The notes: generated by a model not told the origin, from the letters alone. A stretch of 63,069 nt of DNA, filler included, from Licmophora abbreviata (GCA_900291995.1; 16 parts of 16 records of this genome joined end to end with filler, not necessarily neighbours in it); one strand, 5' to 3'; positions 19,371 to 31,266 are shown, counted from the whole stretch's first letter. Numbers and translations are program-made.

Positions 19371-21647
19371 ATGACTGATTTCACGATGGAAAAAGGCGCC
19401 GATGGCGTTGCCGTGATCACTTGGGACGTGCCCAGAAAATCGATGAACGTGATGTCGATGGAGGCCTGGCCGCTGCTGGAGCAGCTGATCGACGATGCGC
19501 TGGCGGATGAGGCGGTCAAGGGGATTGTCCTGACCTCTGGCAAGGAGGGATCCTTTGCCGGGGGCATGGATCTGAACGTCATCGCCAGGATGAAGGACAT
19601 GGCGGGCGATGATCCGGCCAAGGGTCTGTTCGAGGGGCTGATGGGGATGCACGCCATCCTGCGCAAGATCGAGCGCGCCGGCATGGACGAGCGCAACAAG
19701 GGCGGCAAGCCCATTGCCGCCGCCCTGCCCGGCACGGCGCTTGGCATCGGGCTGGAGATTCCGCTGGCCTGCCACCGGATCTTTGCCGCCGACACTCCCA
19801 AGGCCAAGATCGGCCTGCCCGAGATTATGGTCGGCATCTTCCCAGGGGCCGGCGGCACGACGCGGCTGGTGCGCAAGATGGGCGCGATGGCGGCGGCCCC
19901 GTTGTTGCTGGAGGGCAAGCTGAACGATCCGAAAAAGGCCAAGTCGGCCGGTGTGATCGACGAGGTCGTGCCCGCAGAGGAATTGCTGGAGCGCGCCAAG
20001 GCCTGGGTGCTGGAGGCGACCGATAAGGACATCGTCAAGCCCTGGGACGAGAAGGGCTACAAGATGCCCGGCGGCGAGCCCTATCATCCGGCCGGTTTCA
20101 TGACCTTCGTGGGTGCGAGCGCCATGGTCAACGGCAAGACCCAAGGCGCCTTTCCCGCAGCCAAGGCGCTGCTGAGCGCGGTCTACGAGGGCGCGCTGGT
20201 GCCCTTCGATACGGCGCTGAAGATCGAGGCGCGGTGGTTCACCCATGTGCTGATGGATCCATCCTCGGGCGCGATGATCCGCTCGCTCTTCATCAACAAG
20301 GAGGCGCTGGAGAAAGGCGCCAACCGGCCCGATGTGGCGGATCAGAAGGTAACGAAGCTGGGCGTCATGGGGGCTGGCATGATGGGCGCGGGCATCGCCT
20401 TGGTATCCGCACAGGCGGGCATCGAGGTGGTGCTGATCGATCAGGAGCAGGCGGCCGCAGATCGCGGCAAGGCCTATGCTGCCGACTACATGGACAAGGG
20501 CATCAAGCGCGGCAAGGCCAACGAGGACAAGAAGGCCGCCCTGCTGGAGCGGATCACCGCGACCACGGAGTATAGCGCACTGAAGGGCTGCGACTTGGTG
20601 ATCGAAGCCGTGTTCGAAGATCCCGGCATCAAGGCCGAGGTCACCCGCAAGGTGCTGGAGGTAGTGGGCGACGACTGCATCTTTGCCACCAACACCTCGA
20701 CCCTGCCGATCTCGGAGCTGGCCCGTGCCAGTGACCGGCCCGAGCAGTTCATCGGGATCCACTTCTTCTCGCCGGTCGAGAAGATGTATCTGGTCGAGAT
20801 CATCAAGGGCGCGAAAACCGGCGAGCGGGCCGTGGCCAAGGCACTGGATTATGTCCGACAGATCCGCAAGACGCCCATCGTGGTCAATGATGCGCGGTTC
20901 TTCTACGCCAACCGCTGCATCATTCCCTATATCAACGAGGGCATCCGCATGGTGGCCGAAGGCGTGGCGCCTGCGCTCATCGACAATGCGGCGCGGCAGC
21001 NNNNNNNNNNNNNNNNNNNNNNNNNNNNNNNNNNNNNNNNNNNNTTAATTAATTAANNNNNNNNNNNNNNNNNNNNNNNNNNNNNNNNNNNNNNNNNNNN
21101 AACTGGTGGACGAGACATCGATCGATCTTGGCGCCAAGATCGCCCGCGCGCAAAGGCCGCGATGGGCGATGCCTATCCCGATGCGGCGGTCGATGAGGTG
21201 ATCTTCTGGATGGAGGCCGAGGGCCGTCTGGGGCGCAAGGCCAATGCCGGGTTCTTCGACTATGACGACAAGGGCAAGCGGCAGGGCTATTGGCCGGGAT
21301 TGGCGGCGCAATATCCGCTGGCCGAAGACCAGCCCGACCTGACCAGCGTGCAGCACCGCTTGATGTTCGCTCAGGTGCTTGAAGCGGTCCGCGCGCTGGA
21401 AGAGGGCGTGCTGGAGGATATCCGCGAAGGCGATGTGGGCGCGATTCTTGGCTGGGGCTTTGCGCCGTGGTCGGGCGGGCCATTCAGCTGGCTCGATATC
21501 ATCGGCACGCCTTATGCCGCAGAGCGCTGCGACGCGCTGGAGGCGGCTCATGGCCCACGTTTCGCCTGTCCTGCACTGCTGCGCGAGATGGCCGACAAAA
21601 ACCAGAGCTTCTACAAGCGGTTCGACAGCGGGGCAAAGGCGGCCTGA
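19371..21647 (+). CDS. Enoyl-CoA hydratase/3-hydroxyacyl-CoA dehydrogenase multifunctional protein (FadB/FadJ-like), spans a gap
   Basis: FAGGMDL, GLPE, GAGMMGAGI, ATNTSTLPI and GIHFFSPV motifs. The C-terminal part GRLGRK...GAILGWGF lies after the gap, with an apparent 1-nt deletion near 21150. Confidence 0.93.
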
Positions 21648-21713
21648 CACCCAAGCCTCCTACCCGATCCCCTGCGCGCATTGATGAAAGGCGCGCAGGG
21701 GCACTCGCCGGGG

Positions 21714-22358
21714 TCAGAACGCGTAGCCGAACCGCGCAATGTCCTCCGAGCAAAGGCGCGCCACCGTTTCGGCGTCTGCGTCGCTATATGCCTCCCGGTA
21801 ATCGGCTGTGCGGCCCGAGCGGTTCTCATGCGGCAGGTCCAGCCGGAAGCCCAGATGCGCCCAGAGAGGGTCCGTGTCCTCGTCCAGATGTTCGAGGCGG
21901 ATAAAGGCGCGACAGTGTTCCTTGCCATCGGCGCCGCGCATGTAGCTGCCATAGGGCGCGGCACGCAGCGAGGCGGCAGTGTGCGGGTGGTTCAGGAAAG
22001 CGCTGAAATCGAGCTCTTTCGCAAGGGTCACCGCGGGATGATCGAAGCTTTGCCGGCGCAGCCATGTGTAATAGCTCACTATCCGGTCCCATGGATTGCG
22101 CACCATGGTGAAGGTGAAGGCGCCCGCGATCTGCACGGGGGGCACAAGCCCCACGATATCCGACAATGTCGAATGTTTCCAAAGCCGCCCCGCCGCCTGC
22201 GCCCCGTCAAGGCGGCGGCGGCGCTTGCGCGCCTTGGGGGTATCGCCGATCAGGATGTCATCGGCCATGGCCCGCCCCTCGAGCGCCAGCGCCATCGAGG
22301 TGCCGCCCGTTTTGGGGATATGCACGAAGATGTAGTTGCGCCCGCCCGAGATGATCAT
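21714..22358 (-). CDS. Sulfotransferase family 2 protein
   Basis: FVHIPKTGGTS (5'-PSB), VRNPWDRIVSYY (3'-PB) and DIARFGYAF motifs. Confidence 0.88.
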   Translation of the reverse strand: MIISGGRNYIFVHIPKTGGTSMALALEGRAMADDILIGDTPKARKRRRRLDGAQAAGRLWKHSTLSDIVGLVPPVQIAGAFTFTMVRNPWDRIVSYYTWLRRQSFDHPAVTLAKELDFSAFLNHPHTAASLRAAPYGSYMRGADGKEHCRAFIRLEHLDEDTDPLWAHLGFRLDLPHENRSGRTADYREAYSDADAETVARLCSEDIARFGYAF

Positions 22359-22499
22359 GCCCAAGGCTAGGCCCGGCGCGGTCCGCGCACAATAGGCTTG
22401 GCGACGGGCATGCAATTGTCTGACATTTGAAATTGATTGCAGCGGCAAAAGCAATATCCTCCGCTGAATGCGCTGAACGGGGAATCAGGGAGGATCGAT

Positions 22500-24128
22500 A
22501 TGGGCTGGATGGCGGATGAGACCGGGCTGGATAAGTGCCCGGCCAATTTCGTGGCACTGACGCCGCTGTCGCATCTGCAACGCGCGGCCCGGCTGTTTCC
22601 CGATCACGAGGCGGTCGTCTATCGTGGGTTCCGCAAGACCTATGCCGAGTATCACGACCGCTGCACGCGGCTGGCCTCGGCGCTGATCAAGCTTGGGGTG
22701 ACGCCCGGCGATGTGGTGGCCACGCTGCTGCCCAACCTGCCTGCCCATGCCGAGGCGCATTTCGGCGTGCCGGCCTGTGGCGCGGTGCTGAACACGATCA
22801 ATACGCGGCTCGAGGCGGACACCATCGCCTATATCCTCGATCATGGCGGGGCAAAGGTGCTGCTGGTCGATCCGCAATTCCTGCCGGTCGCGGCCGAAGC
22901 CATCGACATGATGGATGGCCAGGCCCCCACCGTGATCGAGGTTGCCGACGATCAGGCCGGGGCGCATGCGCATGGGCATTACATGGAATACGAAGAGCTT
23001 CTGGCGAGCGGCGACCCGGCGTTTGAGTGGATCATGCCCGAGGATGAATGGGAAAGCCTTGCGCTGAACTATACATCGGGCACCACGGGGCGTCCCAAGG
23101 GCGTGGTCTGTCACCATCGCGGCGCGTATCTCATGACCATGGGAACCGCGATCAGCTGGCCAATGCCGCGCCATGCGCGCTACCTGACCATCGTGCCGCT
23201 ATTTCATTGCAACAACTGGAACCACACTTGGATGATGCCAATGGTCGGCGGCACGATCATCTGCTGTCGCGACATCACCGCAAGCGCGATCTATGACGCC
23301 ATCGCCGACGAGGGCGTCACCCATTTCGGGGCGGCGCCCATCGTGCTCAATACTATCGTCAACGCCAAGCCCGAGGATCGCCGCGACTTCGATCACGTGG
23401 TCGAGGTGTTCACCGCCGGCGCCCCGCCGCCCGCAGCAACGCTGCGCGCGATCGAGCCGTTGGGGTTTCAGGTGACGCAGGTCTATGGGCTGACGGAAAC
23501 CTATGGTCACGTTACCGAATGCCTCTGGCAGACCCGGTGGGACGGATTGGCCGATGACGACCGCTACGCGATCAAGGCGCGCACGGGGGTCTTGATGCCG
23601 ATGATGGAGGACATCACCGCGATGGACCCCGAAACCATGACCCAGATCCCGATGGACGGCACCACGCAGGGCGAGATCATGATCCGTGGCAATGCGGTGA
23701 TGAAGGGCTACCTGAAGAACCCGAAAGCCACGGAAGAGGCGTTCCGGGGCGGGTATTTCCATTCGGGCGATATCGCGGTCCAGCATCCCGACGGTTATCT
23801 GCAGATCGCCGACCGGGCGAAGGACATCATCATCTCTGGCGGCGAGAATATCAGCTCGGTCGAGGTGGAGGGCGTGTTGATGATGCATCCGGCGGTTCTG
23901 CTTTGCGCGGTGGTCGCCAAACCCGACGAGAAATGGGGCGAGGTGCCCTGCGCCTTTGTCGAGGTCAAGGACGGTGCCGACACCACGGAGGCCGAATTGA
24001 TCGCCTTCGCGCGCCACAGGCTGGCGGGGTTCAAGACGCCCAAGCGCGTGGAGTTCCGCGAGTTGCCCAAGACATCGACCGGGAAAATCCAGAAATTCGA
24101 GCTACGCAAGCTGGCCCGAGAGCTGTGA
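22500..24128 (+). CDS. AMP-dependent acyl-CoA synthetase
   Basis: YTSGTTGRPKG, YGLTET, DRAKDIIISGGENIS and PKTSTGKIQK motifs. Confidence 0.95.
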   Translation: MGWMADETGLDKCPANFVALTPLSHLQRAARLFPDHEAVVYRGFRKTYAEYHDRCTRLASALIKLGVTPGDVVATLLPNLPAHAEAHFGVPACGAVLNTINTRLEADTIAYILDHGGAKVLLVDPQFLPVAAEAIDMMDGQAPTVIEVADDQAGAHAHGHYMEYEELLASGDPAFEWIMPEDEWESLALNYTSGTTGRPKGVVCHHRGAYLMTMGTAISWPMPRHARYLTIVPLFHCNNWNHTWMMPMVGGTIICCRDITASAIYDAIADEGVTHFGAAPIVLNTIVNAKPEDRRDFDHVVEVFTAGAPPPAATLRAIEPLGFQVTQVYGLTETYGHVTECLWQTRWDGLADDDRYAIKARTGVLMPMMEDITAMDPETMTQIPMDGTTQGEIMIRGNAVMKGYLKNPKATEEAFRGGYFHSGDIAVQHPDGYLQIADRAKDIIISGGENISSVEVEGVLMMHPAVLLCAVVAKPDEKWGEVPCAFVEVKDGADTTEAELIAFARHRLAGFKTPKRVEFRELPKTSTGKIQKFELRKLAREL

Positions 24129-24225
24129 GCGGGCCGCGCTAATCTGCGCGCTTGGCGATGGACGGGGCGCGCAGGCACATGCTATCGTGGCGCGGCAAGA
24201 GGCAGAGCAGGCCCACGACACCAGC

Positions 24226-25251
24226 ATGACCGCACTGAGCGAATACCAGAGGCTTGAAGCATCGGGCCTGTGGCGCGCCTCGCCAGAGGATCAGCGCAGT
24301 GATGTCATCGTGTCGATCGGAGAGGCGAGCCTGGTCATCTGCAACATCCGCGAAAAACCTTTGGCGCATTGGTCTCTGGCGGCGATCCAGCGGGCCAATC
24401 CGGGACGGATGCCCGCGATCTATCACCCAGACGGAGACCCCGGCGAGACGCTGGAACTGGCCGAAGACGAAGACGCGATGATCGAGGCGATCGAGAAGCT
24501 CCGCGCCGCGGTCGAGCGCCGCCGCCCGCATCCGGGCCGGTTGCGTCTGGTGATGTTGGGTGCGTCGTTTCTGGCGGTGGTGGCGCTGGCGGTGTTCTGG
24601 CTGCCAGGGGCGGCACGGCATCACGCGCTGACGGTGGTGCCCGATGTCAAGCGCGCCGAGATTGGCGCTGATCTGATGGGACACCTTCAGCGGATCACCG
24701 GCCCGGCCTGTCGCAGCACCGAAGGGCGCACGGCGCTGAACCGTCTGGCGCGGCGGCTGCCTGCGCCGCGCGGTCCGGGGCGGCTCGACGTGGTGCGCAG
24801 CGGCGTCAGGACGACGATCCATTTGCCAGGCGGCACGATCCTCATCAATCGCACCCTTGTGGAGGATCACGAAGAGCCTGACGTGGTTGCGGGCTATATC
24901 GTGGCGGAGCGGCTGCGCGCGCAACTGACCGATCCGCTGGACGATCTGCTGCGCCACGCGGGGTTCCGCGCCACGTTCCGGCTGCTGACCACCGGCCAGA
25001 TCGATCCCGCCTCGCTCGAGGCCTATGCGCAGCACCTGCTGAAGAGCCCGCGCCCGCAAGCCGAGACCGACAGTCTGATCGAAGCGTTCGGAGCCTGGCG
25101 CGTGCGGTCGACGCCTTATGCCTATGCGCTGGACATCTCGGGCGAGTCGACGCTGCCTCTGATCGAGGCCGATCCCTTTGCCGGTGACGCGCCCGAACCG
25201 CTGCTCAGCGACGCGGACTGGCTGAGACTGCAGGGCATCTGCGGCGGCTGA
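24226..25251 (+). CDS. Hypothetical membrane protein with a degenerate M48 peptidase-like domain
   Basis: One TM helix. HLPGGTILINRTLVE...DVVAGYIVAERLRA resembles the M48 region but lacks HExxH. Confidence 0.6.
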   Translation: MTALSEYQRLEASGLWRASPEDQRSDVIVSIGEASLVICNIREKPLAHWSLAAIQRANPGRMPAIYHPDGDPGETLELAEDEDAMIEAIEKLRAAVERRRPHPGRLRLVMLGASFLAVVALAVFWLPGAARHHALTVVPDVKRAEIGADLMGHLQRITGPACRSTEGRTALNRLARRLPAPRGPGRLDVVRSGVRTTIHLPGGTILINRTLVEDHEEPDVVAGYIVAERLRAQLTDPLDDLLRHAGFRATFRLLTTGQIDPASLEAYAQHLLKSPRPQAETDSLIEAFGAWRVRSTPYAYALDISGESTLPLIEADPFAGDAPEPLLSDADWLRLQGICGG

Positions 25252-25343
25252 GGCACGCGCTGCGGCCGGATTAGCCATTTGCATCGCGGGTCGCTTGGCC
25301 TAAACCTTGGCCCGGATGTGATGCCAAGGCGTGAGGACGGGAC

Positions 25344-26216
25344 ATGACGCAAACGATGATCGGGGTGATCGGGGGATCGGGCCTCTATGAGATCGACGGG
25401 CTGGAAGGCGCGGAATGGATCACCGTGGAAAGCCCCTGGGGCGCTCCGTCGGATGCGATCCTGACCGGCCGGCTTGACGGGGTAGCGATGGCCTTTCTGC
25501 CGCGCCATGGACGGGGCCATGTGCATTCGCCCACCACGGTGCCCTACCGCGCCAATATCGATGCGCTCAAGCGACTTGGCGTGACCGACGTGATCGCGGT
25601 CAGTGCCAGCGGATCGTTTCGCGAAGAGATGGCGCCGGGCGATTTCGTCGTCGTGGATCAGTTCATCGACCGCACCTTCGCGCGCGAGAAAAGCTTTTTC
25701 GGCACCGGCTGCGTGGGCCATGTCAGCGTAGCGCATCCCACCTGTCCCCGGCTTGGCGCGGCCTGCGTCACGGCGGCGCGCGATGCGGGCATCACCGTCC
25801 ATGAGGGTGGCACCTATCTGGCGATGGAAGGTCCGCAATTCAGCACTCTGGCGGAATCGCGGATGTATCGCGAGGTCTGGGGTGCGGATGTGATCGGCAT
25901 GACCAACATGCCCGAAGCCAAGCTCGCCCGCGAAGCAGAGCTATGCTACGCCGCGGTTGCGATGATCACCGATTACGACAGTTGGCACCCCGATCATGGC
26001 GAGGTGGACGTGGCGCAGATCATCGCCACATTGCTGGGCAATGCCGACAAGGGCCGCGACATGGTGCGCCGCCTGCCCGCCCTGCTGGGGGCTGAACGCG
26101 CACCCTGCCCGCATGGCTGCGACCGGGCGCTCGAGAATGCGATCCTGACCGCGCCCGGCGCGCGCGACCCCGAGTTGCTTGCACGGCTGGATGCGGTCGC
26201 GGGACGCGTGCTGTGA
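25344..26216 (+). CDS. mtnP: S-methyl-5'-thioadenosine phosphorylase
   Basis: IGGSGLY, PRHGRGH, EGPQFST, IGMTNMPEAKLAREAE and TDYDSW motifs. Confidence 0.96.
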   Translation: MTQTMIGVIGGSGLYEIDGLEGAEWITVESPWGAPSDAILTGRLDGVAMAFLPRHGRGHVHSPTTVPYRANIDALKRLGVTDVIAVSASGSFREEMAPGDFVVVDQFIDRTFAREKSFFGTGCVGHVSVAHPTCPRLGAACVTAARDAGITVHEGGTYLAMEGPQFSTLAESRMYREVWGADVIGMTNMPEAKLAREAELCYAAVAMITDYDSWHPDHGEVDVAQIIATLLGNADKGRDMVRRLPALLGAERAPCPHGCDRALENAILTAPGARDPELLARLDAVAGRVL

Positions 26217-26259
26217 GCAACGCGGCGCCGCATGGTCACGAGCGCATGAGGGGACCCCG

Positions 26260-27237
26260 ATGAAGCGCGACCTGATCCTCAAATATGCCAAGACCTCGGG
26301 CAAGGGGATCGAGGTTGCCCCCTATTTCAATCCCATCCTGACCAAGCGCGAGGGGCATGATCTTCTGATCATGGACGTGTTCGACACCGAAACGCTGCGC
26401 AACCGGGTCCGCGACGATCCGCTGATCGACAGCGCGCGCGCCGCCGAGATCGAAGAGGTGGATCTGGTGGGCGACGCTTCACGCCTTGGCGAGGTGATCG
26501 CAAAGGCGGGGTTGCAGGGGAGCATCGATTATATCGTCTCGTCCCATAATTTCGAGCATTTGCCCAACCCAATCCTGTTTCTGCGCGGCGCCGGTGAGGC
26601 GCTGGCACCGGGCGGCGTGTTGAGCATGGCAGTTCCCGATTGCCGCGCCAGTTTCGATCATTTCCGGATGCCCACACGTTTGTCGGACTGGCTGGCCGCC
26701 TATCACGAGGACCGCCGCCAACCCAGCCCCGAAACCGTGATGGACAGCGCCGCGAACCAATCGGCCTATATCCGCGACGGCAAAGCGACGCCGGGCTGCA
26801 ATCTGGCCTATGACGATCCGTCAGGATTCGAGCCGGATCGGAGCCTTGCGCAGGCCTATGCGGATTATGTCGTCTCAAGGGAGGCGCCCGGCGACTATCG
26901 CGACACGCATTGCAACGTTTTCTTCCCCGAAAGCCTTGAGTTGATGCTGCGCGATCTGCGGTATCTGGGGCTGATCGAACTGGACGTGATCGAGATCAGC
27001 CCGACCCGAGGGCTGGAATTCTTCGTGCATCTGCGCAAGCCGGAGACGCCGCAGGATATCCCCGACGAGACGTTCTATGCGCAGCGCAAGGCACTCCTGA
27101 CCGCCATGTCGCGCGGGCTTGGCGACGCAGGGTTCGGGCTGGGGCCGGTGGCAGGTCTGCGGCGCGCGATCACCGGGCGGCTGAACACTTGGCGCATCCG
27201 CCTCAAGCACCGGCGCAGGGCCCGCAAGAGCCGCTGA
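26260..27237 (+). CDS. Class I SAM-dependent methyltransferase-like protein
   Basis: [21 protein letters not shown] and [13 protein letters not shown] motifs. Confidence 0.8.
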   Translation: MKRDLILKYAKTSGKGIEVAPYFNPILTKREGHDLLIMDVFDTETLRNRVRDDPLIDSARAAEIEEVDLVGDASRLGEVIAKAGLQGSIDYIVSSHNFEHLPNPILFLRGAGEALAPGGVLSMAVPDCRASFDHFRMPTRLSDWLAAYHEDRRQPSPETVMDSAANQSAYIRDGKATPGCNLAYDDPSGFEPDRSLAQAYADYVVSREAPGDYRDTHCNVFFPESLELMLRDLRYLGLIELDVIEISPTRGLEFFVHLRKPETPQDIPDETFYAQRKALLTAMSRGLGDAGFGLGPVAGLRRAITGRLNTWRIRLKHRRRARKSR

Positions 27238-27326
27238 GCCGGACCAGTGGCGGGACAGCGCGCTTGCATGGCCGGGCCGCTTGCGCCAAACACCTCAACG
27301 AAACTTTCTGCTCTAGAGGCCAGCCC

Positions 27327-27866
27327 ATGCCCGTGACCCGCACCGTCAAGGATTACATCCGTACCATCGTCGATTTCCCCCATGAGGGGATCATGTTCCG
27401 CGATGTGACGACGCTTTTTGCCGATCCGCGCGGGTTTCGCATGGCGATCGACCAGATGCTGCATCCTTATGCCGGTCTGCGGATCGACAAGGTGGTGGGG
27501 CTGGAGGCGCGCGGCTTCATTCTGGGCGGCGCGATCGCGCATCAGCTGTCGCTTGGCTTCGTGCCGATCCGCAAGAAGGGCAAACTGCCCGGCGCGGTGA
27601 TCTCGGAGGAGTATCAGCTGGAATATGGCGAGGCGATCGTCGAAATCCACGACGATGCGATCCAGCCCGGTGAAAAGGTGCTGCTGGTCGACGATCTTCT
27701 GGCCACGGGCGGCACCGCCGAGGCGGGCATCAAGCTCGTGGAACGGCTCGGCGGCGAGATCATGGGATGCGCCTTCGTGATCGACCTGCCCGAGCTTGGA
27801 GGGCGCGCGCGGTTGGAGAAGATGGGCATGGATGTGCACGCGCTTTGCGCGTTCGAGGGCGCCTGA
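27327..27866 (+). CDS. apt: Adenine phosphoribosyltransferase
   Basis: [23 protein letters not shown] and [10 protein letters not shown] motifs. Confidence 0.97.
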   Translation: MPVTRTVKDYIRTIVDFPHEGIMFRDVTTLFADPRGFRMAIDQMLHPYAGLRIDKVVGLEARGFILGGAIAHQLSLGFVPIRKKGKLPGAVISEEYQLEYGEAIVEIHDDAIQPGEKVLLVDDLLATGGTAEAGIKLVERLGGEIMGCAFVIDLPELGGRARLEKMGMDVHALCAFEGA

Positions 27867-27922
27867 GCCATCGTCCCTCGGGCTGATGCAAGACCGCGCA
27901 AAAGCTCGGATCGCCGGGCCGG

Positions 27923-28936
27923 TTACACGCCGTAATAGTCGCGGTACCACGTCACGAAGCGCGCGATCCCGTCGCGCATGTCGGTTTGCGGCTTGTAGCC
28001 GGTCAGGCGCTGCAGCAAGGACGCATCCGCCCAAGTCGCCGGCACATCGCCTTTCTGCATCTCCATCAGGTTGCGCTGCGCCTTGACGCCAAGCGCATCC
28101 TCGATCGCCTCGACGAAATCCAGAAGCCGCACGCTGGTCGAGTTGCCGATATTGACCACCCGCCAAGGCGCCACCGGCGACAGGCTGTCGCCTTCGGTGA
28201 TATCGGCGGGCGTTGCGGGGCGCTCGGGCGCCGCGTCGATCAGCAGTCGGATCGCGCGCACCAGATCGTCGACATAGGTGAAGTCGCGATACATGTCGCC
28301 GTGATTGTAGATGTCGATCGGCCGGCCATTGAGGATCGCGTCGGTGAACTTGAAATAGGCCATGTCGGGCCGTCCCCAGGGACCATAGACCGTGAAGAAG
28401 CGGAACATCGTGGTCGGCACGCCCCACAGATGCGCATAGGCATGCGCCATCGCTTCGCTCGCCTTCTTGGTCGCGGCGTAGATGGTCATCTGGGTGTCGG
28501 CCTTCATCGTCTCGGCATAGGGCATCTGCGTCTCGGCGCCATAGACCGAGCTGGTCGAGGCCATCAGAAGGTGGCGCACCTCATGCCTGCGCGCGGCCTC
28601 CATCACGTTGAAACTGCCGATCACATTGGCATCCAGATAGGCGCGCGGGTTTTCAAGGCTGTAGCGCACCCCGGCCTGAGCGGCCAGATGCACGATCACG
28701 TCCGGCGCACAGGCATCCACCGCACGATCCAGCGCGGCGGTGTCTTCGAGCATCGCTTGCGTGGCGGTGAAGCCGGGTTTGCCGGACAGGATCGCATGGC
28801 GGCGCTGCTTGAGTGTGACGTCGTAATAATCCGTCATCCCGTCGAAGCCATGCACCTCGATCCCTTCATCGAGCAGCAGGGCGGCGAGGTGAAAGCCGAT
28901 GAAACCCGCCGTACCGGTGATGAAAACCCGTGTCAT
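27923..28936 (-). CDS. NAD-dependent epimerase (UDP-glucuronate 4-epimerase-like)
   Basis: [25 protein letters not shown] and [14 protein letters not shown] motifs. Confidence 0.93.
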   Translation of the reverse strand: MTRVFITGTAGFIGFHLAALLLDEGIEVHGFDGMTDYYDVTLKQRRHAILSGKPGFTATQAMLEDTAALDRAVDACAPDVIVHLAAQAGVRYSLENPRAYLDANVIGSFNVMEAARRHEVRHLLMASTSSVYGAETQMPYAETMKADTQMTIYAATKKASEAMAHAYAHLWGVPTTMFRFFTVYGPWGRPDMAYFKFTDAILNGRPIDIYNHGDMYRDFTYVDDLVRAIRLLIDAAPERPATPADITEGDSLSPVAPWRVVNIGNSTSVRLLDFVEAIEDALGVKAQRNLMEMQKGDVPATWADASLLQRLTGYKPQTDMRDGIARFVTWYRDYYGV

Positions 28937-29111
28937 GCCGCTTGCCCCCAGCTGTCATTGCCCGATGATCCCCCGAGCGATAACGGCTGGCGCGCCACGG
29001 CACAAGCCGCATGCGCCACCGGCATGCGGCCTATGGCCTTTGTCCGCGATCTCGACCAGACTGCGCGGCGCAGATGACGGCAAGACCAAGAGCACGATCA
29101 AGACAAGGACA

Positions 29112-30729
29112 ATGACCTTTTCCTCCCGACATCATGTGGTGATCGGTGACGGCGCCAGCGCCGCCGCATTCGCCGAGATGGCCCCGCTTGGACCCGGTGA
29201 CCGGCTGACCGTGATCGGCCGCGACACCGCCAATCTGGGCCGGGGGCTTGCCTATGGCGACCATCCCGAGGACGCGCCGTGGCGCTATGCCTATCTGCTG
29301 AATTCCCCATCCGCCGCGGTGCTCCCTGCCTTCGCGGAAGATCNNNNNNNNNNNNNNNNNNNNNNNNNNNNNNNNNNNNNNNNNNNNTTAATTAATTAAN
29401 NNNNNNNNNNNNNNNNNNNNNNNNNNNNNNNNNNNNNNNNNNNATTCCCCATCCGCCGCGGTGCTCCCTGCCTTCGCGGAAGATCTCGAAGCGCGATGGT
29501 CCGACCTGGCCGAGCGCATGGCAGGCCGAAAGCCCGACTGGCTGGGGTTCGGTGCAGAGCATATCGCGGCGGGCGATTACGCAGCGCTTTTTGCGCCAAG
29601 GGCGATCTTTGGCGATTACCTGAGCAGGCTTGTGCGGGACGGGCTGGAGCGGCACCGCGCGGCGGGCGTGCAGGTGACGCTCATCGACGATGAGGTCACC
29701 GGGCTCGATCATGACGGGTCCGGCTTCACGGTGCGCCGCGCCAAGGGCGCGCCGCTGAATGCGAGCCATGTGGATCTCGCCCCCGGCACGCCTGCGATGG
29801 ATGCGTTTTGCGCCGATGCGGGGCCAGCCGCCTTTCCGATGCTCTATGGCAACGAGGCGGACATCGCCGACCGGCTGCGCCCCGGCCAGCCGGTGATCTG
29901 TGTGGGGGCAAATGCCGCGATGCTCGATGTGCTGCGGTTTCTGCAATCGGTGATGGACGAGTCCGCGATCCGGATGATCGTCATATCGGCCACCGGTCTG
30001 CGTCCCGAGCCGCTGATCTGGCACCGCCCGCGCAGACCCGCCGTGACTCCGAGGATCACCGGGCCCTTCGACAGCTGCGAGGCGCTGATGGCGGCGGTGG
30101 ACGTGGACATCACCCGGCTGCGCCGCGACGACGGCGCGACCATGTCCGAGCTGCGCCCCGGCTTCAAAGCCTGGCTCACACAGGAGCGGCTCTCGGCGCT
30201 GCTGCCCGACATGGCGGAGCGGCGGCGCGTCACGCATCTTCTGGAACGCCGGTTTCGCCGCGGCACCCATGACAGCATCGCCGATTGCGCGCGCCTGACA
30301 AAGACAGGCCAGATCACCGATATCATCGCACGCGCCAAGGATGTGCGCCCCTCGCCCCTCGGGGCGCAGGTCCGCGTGACCAACGCCGACGGAGATACCG
30401 AAAGCCTTGATGCGCCCGTGGTGATCAACTGTGCCGGTCCCGGCACAAGGCTGGCGCTTGATCCGCTGAGTGAAAGCCTGGTGACGCGCGGCTGGCTGGG
30501 CCTTGCCCCTGACGCGGCCGGCGTGACCACCGGGCCGGGGCTGCGTGCGGGGCCGGAGGGAATGCGCTATCTCGCACCCACCGTGACAGAGGTGGGCGAT
30601 ACCGTGGCGCCCTTTCCGCTCTTCGATCTGGGGGGCTGCGCGATGAGGTGGCCCGCGCCAACAGGCTGTACTGACGCAAGAGGCAGAGTGACCTCGCCCG
30701 CATCTGGACATGGGCGCGATTGCGCATAG
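29112..30729 (+). CDS. FAD/NAD(P)-binding protein of unknown function (spans a gap; true stop probably 30674)
   Basis: HVVIGDGASA, GRGLAY...LLNSP, PRAIFGDYL and VINCAGP motifs. Contig ends overlap (29302-29343 = 29444-29485). A probable G-run error near 30630 alters the C-terminus. Confidence 0.75.
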
Positions 30730-30768
30730 GGTAGAACCATCCGACATCAGACATGGACACGCAGCCTC

Positions 30769-31248
30769 ATGCAGACCCGCCTGCGCCCCGGAGAGCAGAC
30801 CGCCGAGATCCCCGATGCATCGGACGCATCGCTTTATTTCATAGGGCGCATCCACACGCCCTGGACCACGCGCGACCAGTGCCCCCGGCAAGGGCGCAGC
30901 GATGGTCCGGAATGCCGGATCGAGATATTCGCGCCATGGGACCGCGCGCTTACCGGGATTGAGGCCTATGGCCGGCTCGAGATCCTCTATTGGTTGGACC
31001 GATCGCGCCGCGACCTGATCCTGCAGAACCCGAAATCGGATGGTGAGCGTTATTTCGGCACCTTCGCGCTGCGCTCGCCGCAACGGCCTAACCCGATCGG
31101 CACATCGCTCGTCACACTGAAACGGGTGGAAGGCAGCAGCCTGATCGTGCGCGGGCTTGATTGCCTTGACGGAACGCCCCTGATCGACGTGAAACCCGAC
31201 CGCTGCGAGTTCACGCCCAAGGCGCCCGACAAACCCGGCGTGACCTGA
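30769..31248 (+). CDS. TsaA/TrmO (YaeB) family SAM-binding protein
   Basis: IGRIHTPW, GTFALRSPQRPNPIG and GLDCLDGTPLIDVKP motifs. Confidence 0.9.
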   Translation: MQTRLRPGEQTAEIPDASDASLYFIGRIHTPWTTRDQCPRQGRSDGPECRIEIFAPWDRALTGIEAYGRLEILYWLDRSRRDLILQNPKSDGERYFGTFALRSPQRPNPIGTSLVTLKRVEGSSLIVRGLDCLDGTPLIDVKPDRCEFTPKAPDKPGVT

Positions 31249-31266
31249 AACAGGGTCAGATCCGCC

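Noticed and set aside
15154..24128. Acyl-CoA dehydrogenase and AMP-ligase as DMSP-pathway dmdC/dmdB
   Set aside because: They belong to the same broad families, but the context is generic beta-oxidation and orthology cannot be established without a phylogeny.
12600..30680. Apparent frameshifts in the MATE (~12625), PaaI (~13597), FadJ-like (~21150) and FAD-binding (~30630) genes
   Set aside because: These are single-base indels in homopolymers or near contig ends of otherwise intact genes. Sequencing error is more likely than pseudogenisation or programmed frameshifting.
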